DNA of 64,000 nt from Candidatus Margulisiibacteriota bacterium (GTDB lineage: Bacteria; Margulisbacteria; Marinamargulisbacteria; JBFWNS01): positions 11,523-75,522 of the forward strand of contig JBFWNS010000005.1 in NCBI GenBank assembly GCA_050250935.1, read 5' to 3'. A model generated the notes under the pieces. The model was not told the DNA's origin, did no database searches, and saw nothing but the letters and a program-made list of their open reading frames with translations. Positions 18,867 through 27,437 of this stretch are shown piece by piece (positions within the stretch are counted from its first letter, which is position 1; each line of letters starts with the position of its first letter). Both the position numbers and the translations under genes were made by a program.

Positions 18867-21031
18867 CAAATCACCCGCTTGACGGCGTATACATCCGAAA
18901 TTTGCGAAATCGCGGTTTTAATTTGACCCAAATGTTGGGTGTCTCGGATATCGACGGTCACCGTGGCCCTCATGGTGCCGCCTTTTTTGAAGCTGCGGGT
19001 TTTGACCTCTTTGATGTTGGTTCGGGTATTCGTAATTTGGTTGATAATCTCTTGCAAAATGCCGATGCTATCAAAGGCTTCGATTTCCAAAACGGCTTTG
19101 TAGACTTGGTCTTTAACAAAAACATCCCATTCCACATCGATCAATCGGGCCCGTTCTTTGTCCTCCAAGTGGGCGATGTTGATGCAATCGGTTCGGTGTA
19201 CCGAAACCCCGAATCCCATCGTAATAAACCCAATAATGGCGTCGCCAGGCAAGGGGTGGCAACATTTGGCCAGGTTTACCCGAATGTTGTGTTCGCCCAA
19301 GACCCGAATGCCGCCATCCCCGGTTTTTTTGCTGGGTTTGTTGGTGGCTGCAGCGATTAAGGCTTCGGTGGTGGGTTCTGGGGTTAACAGTGTGCCGATA
19401 TAGGCCACCACCTCTTTGGCCGAAATGTCTCCCAGGGCAATGCCCAAATACAGGTCTTCCCATTTTAAAATGTTCAACCGTTTGAAAAGGGGTTCTGCAA
19501 CCGCTTCGGTTAGAGCGTCTTTGGGCAGGTGCCCCGAGACCATCAGTAAGCGTTCGAGGGTGGTTTTGCCTTTTTGGCTGTTTTCGATGGCATTTTGTTT
19601 TTTAAACCATTGTTTGATTTTGGTTTTGGCTTGGTTCGATTTGACGATGGTTAGCCACGAAATGGTGGGGTTTTCTTGTTTGCCGGTTAAAATTTCCAGA
19701 ATATCTCCGCTGCGCAGTCGGTAATTGAGGGGAACGATGTGGTTGTTGGCCTTGGCCCCTTTGCAGCGATGTCCAATTTGGGTGTGAATTTTATAGGCAA
19801 AATCGAGAACCGTGGCCCCTTTGGGCAATACATGCACATCACCTTTGGGGGTAAACACAAAGACCTCGTCCATAAACAAATCCACTTGAAGGGACTGCAA
19901 AAAGTCTTTGGGGGCTGTTTTTTCTTTTTGGGTTTCAATAATTTGTCGAAGCCAGGAAAAATCGGCGTCGAAACGGGTGTGGGCTTGGCCTTCTTTGTAG
20001 CGCCAGTGGGCGGCAATGCCGTATTCGGCAATTTGGTGCATGTCCTTGGTTCGAATTTGCACTTCAACTGGGGTGCCGCCCTGACCCATCACCGTGGTGT
20101 GCAACGATTGATAAAGATTGGATTTCGGCATGGCAATATAGTCTTTGAATCGTCCGTTTAAGGGTTTAAACAGGCTGTGCACAATGCCCAACACTTCGTA
20201 GCAGTCGGACACCGTGTCTACCATAATCCGAACCCCAAAGGTGTCGTACAAATCGTCAAACGACAGGTTTTGGGACACCATTTTTTTGTGGATGCTAAAA
20301 AAATGTTTGGGCCGGCCGGTAATAATGGCGGTTTTTAAACGGGTTTGGGACAAACGTTCTTTCAACAGGGTGGTAAATTGCTCGACATACTGCTCTCGTT
20401 CATGGCGCTTAAAGGTGACTTGTTTTTTGATGTTTTGAAACGCATCGGGTTCCAAATAATAAAAACACAGGTCTTCCAGTTCCCATTTTAAAGACCACAT
20501 GCCCAACCGGTGGGCCAGAGGGGCAAAGATGTCTCGGGTTTCGTTGGCAATTTTTTGTTGGCGGTCTTTGGACAAAAACTTCAGGGTCCTCATGTTGTGC
20601 AGCCGGTCGGCCAGCTTGATGATGACGACCCGGATGTCTTTGGCCATGGCCAGAAACATCTTTCGAAAATTCTCGGCTTGTTCTTCTTCTTTCGAGCTAA
20701 AACTTAATTTTCCCAATTTGGTAACGCCCATCACCAATTGGGCCACATCGTCCCCAAATTGCTGGGCCAGGGTGTCTTGGGAAATGTTGCAGTCTTCGAT
20801 GGTGTCGTGCAAAAGCCCGGCACAAAGCGAGTCTGCGTCTTGTTCCAAATCCCCCAAAATACAGGCCACTTCCACGGGATGAGAAATATAGGGTTCTCCC
20901 GAGTTTCGGGTTTGGCCTTCGTGGGCTTTTTGGGCAAAAGCAAGCGCGGCATTGATTTTTTCGACATCGGCTGGTGGCAGATAATGGGCGATTTTGTGGT
21001 TTAGGTCTCGGTGGGTTTTTTGAATTTTCAT
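18866..21031 (-). CDS. relA: Bifunctional (p)ppGpp synthetase/hydrolase (long RSH, Rel)
   Basis: SGEPYISHP, intact LLHDTIED, KLADRLHNMRTL, YQSLHT, EVQIRT, TGS and ACT domains. Confidence 0.95.
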   Translation of the reverse strand: MKIQKTHRDLNHKIAHYLPPADVEKINAALAFAQKAHEGQTRNSGEPYISHPVEVACILGDLEQDADSLCAGLLHDTIEDCNISQDTLAQQFGDDVAQLVMGVTKLGKLSFSSKEEEQAENFRKMFLAMAKDIRVVIIKLADRLHNMRTLKFLSKDRQQKIANETRDIFAPLAHRLGMWSLKWELEDLCFYYLEPDAFQNIKKQVTFKRHEREQYVEQFTTLLKERLSQTRLKTAIITGRPKHFFSIHKKMVSQNLSFDDLYDTFGVRIMVDTVSDCYEVLGIVHSLFKPLNGRFKDYIAMPKSNLYQSLHTTVMGQGGTPVEVQIRTKDMHQIAEYGIAAHWRYKEGQAHTRFDADFSWLRQIIETQKEKTAPKDFLQSLQVDLFMDEVFVFTPKGDVHVLPKGATVLDFAYKIHTQIGHRCKGAKANNHIVPLNYRLRSGDILEILTGKQENPTISWLTIVKSNQAKTKIKQWFKKQNAIENSQKGKTTLERLLMVSGHLPKDALTEAVAEPLFKRLNILKWEDLYLGIALGDISAKEVVAYIGTLLTPEPTTEALIAAATNKPSKKTGDGGIRVLGEHNIRVNLAKCCHPLPGDAIIGFITMGFGVSVHRTDCINIAHLEDKERARLIDVEWDVFVKDQVYKAVLEIEAFDSIGILQEIINQITNTRTNIKEVKTRSFKKGGTMRATVTVDIRDTQHLGQIKTAISQISDVYAVKRVI

Positions 21032-22722
21032 GATTTAATGTCCACCAATTGCAGTTGGGGCAGGGTGGTGCCCTGCCATTCGTTAATCTCCAGTCCGAAG
21101 GCCAGTTCGACCTTGGGTTTTTGCAGGGCTGTCAATTTCGAAGCCAGTCCAAACCCGATTGCATCGATCACTTTTTTGCCCGTTTTGTCCGTAAAGGTGG
21201 CCTTCAGGTGTTGGCCATTGCCCACGACTTTATAGTCCAGAGGCTTCAGTTGGTCACAATAAAACAGGGGCATGGCGTTGCCGGCCCCAAAAGGCTCCAA
21301 ATCTCGCAGTGCTTTGGCATGGTCCAAAGACAGTTGGTCGGGGGTAATGGCTGCGTCGATGTCCAGCAGTTGAATCAAGTCGTTGGGGGTAATAAAGGTG
21401 GCTGCCGATTCGCAAAGGGCCCGTTGAAAGGCCGGAATCTTGGCCGGCTGCAAACTAAATCCGGCAGCTTCTTTGTGGCCACCAAAGGTGTCAAAATACG
21501 ATTCGCAGCTTTTTAAAAGTTGGTAGATGTTAATTTGTCCAAAACTTCTGGCCGATCCCCGGGCTGTGTCGTCGGTGTAGGAAATCATCACCACCGGTTT
21601 TTGGTATTTTCGGCATAGCTGAGAGGCCGTGATACCAATAATCCCCGAATGCCAGTTTTTACCGGCCAGCACCAAAACGGGCCAGTCCTGTTGACTGGTT
21701 TCCACGGCATGGGTGGCTTCTTGTAGCAGCACTTGGCCCAAATATTGGCGTTCTTCGTTCAGTTTTTGCAATTGAAAGGCTTGGTTGGCGGCATCTTCGT
21801 GGGTGGCACAAAGCAAGAGCTCGACACCCATTTTGGCGTGGGCAATGCGGCCTGCGGCATTAAGTCTGGGGGCGATGGTAAACCCAACATCTCGGGTGGT
21901 TATGCGTTTGCCCTTGTAATCGGCGGCTTCCAAAAGCGCACTTAATCCCAAGCGCCTGTTTTTTAAGACCAAGGGCAGGCCGGTTTTCGTAATAACCCGG
22001 TTTTCGCCAATCAAGGGCGCCACATCGGCAATGGTGCCAATGGCTGCCAAATCCAGAAGGCTGTTTGGGTCAAAATCCAGCTTGGCGCTCTCGCAAAAAT
22101 ATTCGGCAAATTTATAGGCAATTCCTGCTGTGCAAAGCCCATACAAGGGGCTGGTGTCGGGCAAGGCTTTGGGGTTTAACACGACATCGGCGGGTGGGGT
22201 GTTTTCTGGAATGGTGTGGTGATCAAAAATAATCACCGAGGTGGGGGCGTGGCGTTTGAGCAAGGTCAGTTCAGAGGCGTTGCTGATGCCACAATCCAGG
22301 GTAATCAACAGATCAACCGGGTTGGCAATCAAGGTGCGGATAAACGGTTCCCCAAGGCCATAGCCTTCTGTAAACCGGTGGGGAATGTAATAGCTTACCT
22401 TGGCCCCTGCCGCTTCCAGGGTGGTCATCATAATGGCGGTCGAGGTCATGCCATCGACGTCATAGTCGCCGTAAAGCAGAATGCGACCGTTTTTTTGGAT
22501 GGTTTTTAAAATCAGTTCGGTGGCGGCTTGAAGGAGGGTTTCGGGGAAATTTTCGGTTTGGGTTGGGTCTGGGTTCAAAAACCGTTGGGCTTGGGCCAAA
22601 GACCGAATGTTTCGGTTCAGCAACAGCTGAGCAATCAGGGGGCTAACCCCCAAATGGCTTCCCAGTTTAGTTGCCAGGCTAGGGTTCTCTGGATAGAGCT
22701 GCCACTTGGCCTGGCCAGACAT
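21028..22722 (-). CDS. recJ: Single-stranded DNA exonuclease RecJ
   Basis: YGDYDVDG, EGYGL, LDCG, DHH, PRLNAAGR, GSARS, GGHKEAAG, EPFGAGN. Confidence 0.95.
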   Translation of the reverse strand: MSGQAKWQLYPENPSLATKLGSHLGVSPLIAQLLLNRNIRSLAQAQRFLNPDPTQTENFPETLLQAATELILKTIQKNGRILLYGDYDVDGMTSTAIMMTTLEAAGAKVSYYIPHRFTEGYGLGEPFIRTLIANPVDLLITLDCGISNASELTLLKRHAPTSVIIFDHHTIPENTPPADVVLNPKALPDTSPLYGLCTAGIAYKFAEYFCESAKLDFDPNSLLDLAAIGTIADVAPLIGENRVITKTGLPLVLKNRRLGLSALLEAADYKGKRITTRDVGFTIAPRLNAAGRIAHAKMGVELLLCATHEDAANQAFQLQKLNEERQYLGQVLLQEATHAVETSQQDWPVLVLAGKNWHSGIIGITASQLCRKYQKPVVMISYTDDTARGSARSFGQINIYQLLKSCESYFDTFGGHKEAAGFSLQPAKIPAFQRALCESAATFITPNDLIQLLDIDAAITPDQLSLDHAKALRDLEPFGAGNAMPLFYCDQLKPLDYKVVGNGQHLKATFTDKTGKKVIDAIGFGLASKLTALQKPKVELAFGLEINEWQGTTLPQLQLVDIKS

Positions 22723-23193
22723 CTAGCCCACCCGAATCAGGAAGAGTTCTTGACCGTATTGAACGGGGCTGCCGTTGGCCACGCAGATTTTTTCTACGGT
22801 GCCGGCGATTTCGGTTTCGATTTCGTTAAATAGTTTCATGGCCTCAATAATGCAAACCACTTGGCCTTTGGTGATGGCATCGCCCACTTTAACATAGGCG
22901 GGTGCTTCTGGGCTGGCTGTCAGATAAAACGTTCCCACCATTTGCGATTTTACGGGAACCAAATTGGCATCAGCTGCGGGTGCTTTGGGGGCTTCTACCG
23001 CCTGGGCAGCGGGGGCTGCAATCGGTGCCGGCGCTGCAGCAACTGGGGCTGCAATGGTGTGGGCAATGGCCACTGGGGCGCCTGCCAATTCCTTCTTAAT
23101 TTCAACTTTAATGCCTTCGGTTTCGATGCTGACATGAGAGACAGCTGCCTCTTCAACGATTTCAATTAAACGCTTGATTTCTTTCAAATCCAT
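22723..23193 (-). CDS. accB: Acetyl-CoA carboxylase biotin carboxyl carrier protein
   Basis: MDLKEIKRLI start, Ala/Pro linker, MVGTFY, EAMKLFNEI. Confidence 0.95.
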   Translation of the reverse strand: MDLKEIKRLIEIVEEAAVSHVSIETEGIKVEIKKELAGAPVAIAHTIAAPVAAAPAPIAAPAAQAVEAPKAPAADANLVPVKSQMVGTFYLTASPEAPAYVKVGDAITKGQVVCIIEAMKLFNEIETEIAGTVEKICVANGSPVQYGQELFLIRVG

Positions 23194-23272
23194 AAAAAGG
23201 GCCCTCACAGGTTTTTTTGAGTCGGACCATCATAGCAAACAGAAATAAAAATGCACAGCCGTTGTCGCGTGG

Positions 23273-23902
23273 CTAGTCGGTGTGTGGGCTTTGGATTTCT
23301 TTGGCCAGAATGGCGGTGCTGCCAGCGCAAGTTCCATTGTTGGTACAGGAGGTACAGCCACTGGCTGTACCTAGGGATTCGATGTCCCCAACCGTGCTGC
23401 AGTTGGATCCCTTTTGAGCGCTGAGTGCTTTTAATCTTTCCAGCACAGGTTGCAACCCCGCCATGGCCCTTTGTCGAATGACTAGGCCAATGGCTCGGTC
23501 TTGTGGGGATCTGGAATCGATAAACAGGCTTGCCAATAAGACCCTGCCGACACTGTCTTGTTGTTCGGTTTTGTCGTTTCCAATCAAGTCGAGTAGTGCT
23601 GCCTGGAGTGTGTCTTGCGATGTGGTGGCTAGGGCTTCTTGTTCGACTCCAAATATGGCTGCAACCAAGGCAGTGGTTCTTTTTGCGCCTTTTTCGATGG
23701 CAAAAGAGGTTAGGGTTGCGATGTGGTTTTGGCCAAGCCCATAAATGCTAATGGCTGCAGCGTGAGTGGCCCAAGGCGCTGTGATTGTTTTGGCTTCTTG
23801 CAATACACCTGCTGCTTGCTGATGCGCTCTCCCAAGGCTCTCTTGACGTTTGGCTGGTGAATAAAATGTGTGGGTTGTTGCTGGCGAAACGGCTGTTAGC
23901 AT
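23273..23902 (-). CDS. Hypothetical protein with C-terminal Cys motif (GCTSCTNNGTC)
   Basis: 209-aa ORF filling the gap, AAGGAG Shine-Dalgarno upstream; no family recognised. Confidence 0.7.
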   Translation of the reverse strand: MLTAVSPATTHTFYSPAKRQESLGRAHQQAAGVLQEAKTITAPWATHAAAISIYGLGQNHIATLTSFAIEKGAKRTTALVAAIFGVEQEALATTSQDTLQAALLDLIGNDKTEQQDSVGRVLLASLFIDSRSPQDRAIGLVIRQRAMAGLQPVLERLKALSAQKGSNCSTVGDIESLGTASGCTSCTNNGTCAGSTAILAKEIQSPHTD

Positions 23903-24059
23903 ACCGGTGTCTCCTTTTGATGTTTTTAGTGAATGTTAGTTTGTATTTCTGTTTTTTTCAATACTGATACTTGGTATCAAATAGCATATTGATATTTAGT
24001 CTCAGTATTTGTAGTATTGAGTCTAACCGAGCCCTTGAAGGGCTTGTACACTTTTAAAG

Positions 24060-24431
24060 ATGAAAGCGAGAATGGTGTTGAATAAGTTGGTAAAAGAACA
24101 GCTAAAATCGATTCGGGATTCGCTTCGGTATATGGGGCAATTTACCGATGACGAGCATGTGAAAATTTTAAAATCCAGTCAGGAAATTGATGCGGCCATT
24201 TTGGTCAGTAATCATCAGGCCAAGGCCTATAAGGCACTCCGGGAAAAGCAGGGTACAACCTTGGATACTTTGGGCTTGGCCACGGCGATTCAATTTGAAA
24301 ATTTGCAGATCCTAAACAATAAATTTAAGGTGGTTCAATTTTTCCACGAAGATCTCTACAAGCGCATCGAAACGCTGGGTAAACAGGTGGTACGCCTGAC
24401 CCAGGTTGTGGAGCAGCTCGAGGAACACTAA
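24060..24431 (+). CDS. Small hypothetical helical/coiled-coil protein
   Basis: 123 aa; its stop overlaps the next start (TAATG). Confidence 0.7.
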   Translation: MKARMVLNKLVKEQLKSIRDSLRYMGQFTDDEHVKILKSSQEIDAAILVSNHQAKAYKALREKQGTTLDTLGLATAIQFENLQILNNKFKVVQFFHEDLYKRIETLGKQVVRLTQVVEQLEEH

Positions 24432-27340
24432 TGATAGATCCCACTGCTGGCGCAGCCGTTGCCCAATCCTTGCAACGGTTGCAGACCTTAACAACCAAAC
24501 TAGCGGCCGACAGCAAACCCCCAAAGCCAGCCGATTCGCCTACCTCCGATGCGCCGCCGACGGCTCCTCCTACGGGTGGGTGTGGCGGATGCGGTGGTGG
24601 GGCCTGTGCAACCTGTGCGAACAGTGCCAGTAAGGTTGATTTTGAAGAGATGGCCAGCCTTAAAGATGCCCTTGGCAGCGATGAGGTTATTGCCACTTTA
24701 AGCGATGCGCAATACGGTCTTTATTTGGATTTGTGTGATCAGGTGGATGCCCTTATGTTGGCCCCGTATCAGGCCGTGGTGGATTCTGCCAATCAGCAGG
24801 CCGAGACCATGCGGACAGACCCCAAAATGGCAGAGGAATTTCGAGCAGAGCAAAAAGAACTTGCTTCTGCCTCGCAGTTGGCGACACCACAAGCTCCGGT
24901 CTGTCCAGAAACGACCCAAGAGGCAAGGGGTGTTCAGCCTGTTCAGTCCTTCGTCCAACCAACGGAAGGGGCACCTGTTGCCTCCCCATCTGCAGTTGTG
25001 GGCGAGGCCGTTTCTGAAAGCCCATCGACAGCCCTGCCAGTTGCTGGTGTTGCCGAGGCTATCGAATCTGTCCAAGTCCATCAAGAGTCTCAAGCGTTGC
25101 AGGCGGTTGTCACAGTGGCTGTCAATCAATCGACTCAGGGTGATGTTGCTCTGCTATCTTTGGTCATAGAGGCTGCCGTTACTGCGGAGGTTCAAGCTTC
25201 GAATCAAACCCCGGCTTTGGTTTCCCCGGCTTTGGCTTCGGCCTCGACTGTATCGGTATCTGCGCCAGCGCCTGCTTCGCCATCCCCTCAAACCCCTGTT
25301 CAAGCTAACCCACAACCCCTACAACAAGCCGTGACGGTTGTGGCTCAGCGGGCCATACAAGGTCAACCCCAGCCGCTACAACACGTCACACAAGCGTTGG
25401 CTTTGCAGGTTTCTACCAACAACCCTGCTCCCTTGGCGCAGGCGGTGGGTGTTGTTGCGGCCCAAGCGTCTAAAGGGGATATTTTTCCCTTACACGTGGT
25501 GGTAACCGAGTTGGCGGCGATGGCTGTAAAGGGCGATGCTCGACCGTTGCAAACAGCGGTGGCGGTGATTGTTCAATGGGCGGTTGAGGGCCAAACCAAA
25601 CCCTTGGAAACGGCCGTAGCAGAGGTTGCTGATAAAGCGGTTGTGGCCAAAACCATCCAAGATGGGCCGAAACCTCTTCAAACTTTGGTCGAGGTGGTGG
25701 TGGATCAAGCGGTTCAGGGCGATGTTCGTCCTTTGGTGGCAACCCTGCGGTCGATGAATGATTTGCCTCAAATCCATCAGAACAAACCAGAGGTCAACAC
25801 GGCCAAAGAAATCTTGGTGAATACCTTGAAAGAAACGGTTACGGCCCAAGTGGTGGCCCGCATAGAATCTCCTATGGCTCAGCCTGTTGTGCAAGCTGTG
25901 GTTGGGCAAATTTCAACCTTTCCGCCTCAGGCTGTTCCTGTGGCCTTGGTTCATTTTGCCCAATTTTCTGCTGCAGTAAGTCCTGGGGCTTTACAGACTG
26001 CAGTAGGCGTTTTGTCGCAACAATCCTCGCCGGCGATGGCCCGATCTTTGCAGGCATTGTCCCAATTGTCGGTTAAAACCGAGCCTCCGGTATTGGGTGC
26101 GGTTGTGGGTGGCCTTGCGACAGTAAGCCCACAGGTTGCGGCCAAAGCGATTCAATCGGTGTCTGTTTTGGGAACGGCGTTGGATGCCAGCTCCCTTAAT
26201 GGAGCGCTTAAAGTTGCTTCCCAATCGCAGCCTCAATCCATGACGGTAGCCTTGGGCCAATTGTCTCGGCTTGCCAGTTCCATGCCGGCGCCGGCTTTTC
26301 AGGCTTTGGTTACTGTCATGGCCAAGTTAAGTGCGCCTATTTTTTTGCAGGTGGTGGGCTTGTTGAGTGGTATGGAAGGCGCCAAGCCTGCGCTTTTAAC
26401 CAAAATGGCCGAGCAACTTGTGCAGCTCTCTACCAAAATGGACCCTCAGACCTTGACGGCCCTTATTAAACAGCTGGGAGCCCTGCCTGCAGAAACCGCG
26501 GCGAAAGTGGTCGACCAACTTACGGCTTTGGCGACCAAATTGGATGGGGCTTTGTTTAAAGGTTTAATGCAAAACCTTGTTAGCTTGAAGCCAGAAACCA
26601 TGGCCAAAGTGGTTCATGCGTTGACGGTGTTGGAAGGAAAACTAGACGCTGCAACTTTTGCTGCGTTTGTAAAATCGGCTGCAGCATTGCCCCCCGATAT
26701 GATGGCCAAAGCCATTTTGACCCTAGCGGCTCTTTCCACGATGGTCGATAGCGCTTCCCTCAACAACTTTGCCCAACTTTTGGCCGGTCTCAAACCCCAA
26801 ACGGCCGCTGCTTTGCTGATGGCTTTGGGGCCTTTGTTGAGCCAATTGGATAAGGCGTCGGTGCAATCGTTGCTCAATACCCTGTCTCAACTTGTTGCGG
26901 CAGGTCAGCATCCCGAAGAAGCTATGCAAGCGCTGTTGGCCGAGTTGGGCCATGCCGGATCTCGAAGTGCGGTTGCGGGCCAACAAGTGAATCTGGAAGC
27001 CTTGATGAGTTCTGGGGCCAAATTACTGGGCTTTGGGAATAACCGTGGCCAAGGCGCAGAAACGGTGGCCGCCGCGGCAGGTGCTGGCGATTCTACCGAT
27101 GTTCGCAAACAAGTCCTGGCAGGCAGCAACGCCAACCAATTGCGGGGCAACCTCGTTAAAAAAGACGCCATGACCCGATTGATGATGGCCATGTTGGGGC
27201 TTTCCAAGGCCACCGAGCAAGCCGACGATACAACCGGCGGGTTGTCTGATTTAATGGAATACCTCAAACAACGCCAAAAAGAACGCGAAAAACAAGAAAA
27301 GCGCTTTACTCGTGGGCGTAATGCGGTGGCGACTGACTAA
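24431..27340 (+). CDS. Hypothetical repeat protein (Cys cluster, 19-aa repeats, 34-aa repeats)
   Basis: 969-aa ORF with GAGG Shine-Dalgarno, CGGCGGGACATC and two visible repeat arrays. Confidence 0.88.
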   Translation: MIDPTAGAAVAQSLQRLQTLTTKLAADSKPPKPADSPTSDAPPTAPPTGGCGGCGGGACATCANSASKVDFEEMASLKDALGSDEVIATLSDAQYGLYLDLCDQVDALMLAPYQAVVDSANQQAETMRTDPKMAEEFRAEQKELASASQLATPQAPVCPETTQEARGVQPVQSFVQPTEGAPVASPSAVVGEAVSESPSTALPVAGVAEAIESVQVHQESQALQAVVTVAVNQSTQGDVALLSLVIEAAVTAEVQASNQTPALVSPALASASTVSVSAPAPASPSPQTPVQANPQPLQQAVTVVAQRAIQGQPQPLQHVTQALALQVSTNNPAPLAQAVGVVAAQASKGDIFPLHVVVTELAAMAVKGDARPLQTAVAVIVQWAVEGQTKPLETAVAEVADKAVVAKTIQDGPKPLQTLVEVVVDQAVQGDVRPLVATLRSMNDLPQIHQNKPEVNTAKEILVNTLKETVTAQVVARIESPMAQPVVQAVVGQISTFPPQAVPVALVHFAQFSAAVSPGALQTAVGVLSQQSSPAMARSLQALSQLSVKTEPPVLGAVVGGLATVSPQVAAKAIQSVSVLGTALDASSLNGALKVASQSQPQSMTVALGQLSRLASSMPAPAFQALVTVMAKLSAPIFLQVVGLLSGMEGAKPALLTKMAEQLVQLSTKMDPQTLTALIKQLGALPAETAAKVVDQLTALATKLDGALFKGLMQNLVSLKPETMAKVVHALTVLEGKLDAATFAAFVKSAAALPPDMMAKAILTLAALSTMVDSASLNNFAQLLAGLKPQTAAALLMALGPLLSQLDKASVQSLLNTLSQLVAAGQHPEEAMQALLAELGHAGSRSAVAGQQVNLEALMSSGAKLLGFGNNRGQGAETVAAAAGAGDSTDVRKQVLAGSNANQLRGNLVKKDAMTRLMMAMLGLSKATEQADDTTGGLSDLMEYLKQRQKEREKQEKRFTRGRNAVATD

Positions 27341-27400
27341 GTTTGTGAAAGCTCCAAATACGCCGTTTTTGGAGGATTCGTTGGTTTTGTTGGATAATTA

Positions 27401-27429
27401 TTGACCATACTTAATATTTATCGGATAAT
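27401..27429 (+). promoter_or_regulatory. Sigma70-like promoter of the AAA/DUF4143 gene
   Basis: TTGACC-17 bp-GATAAT, overlapped by the direct repeat GGATAATTATT at 27392 and 27423. Confidence 0.55.
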
Positions 27430-27437
27430 TATTTGGT

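Noticed and set aside
25964..26893. TALE or TPR identity for the 34-aa repeats
   Set aside because: Only the length matches; the TALE (LTPxQVVAIAS..GGKQAL) and TPR consensus residues are absent.
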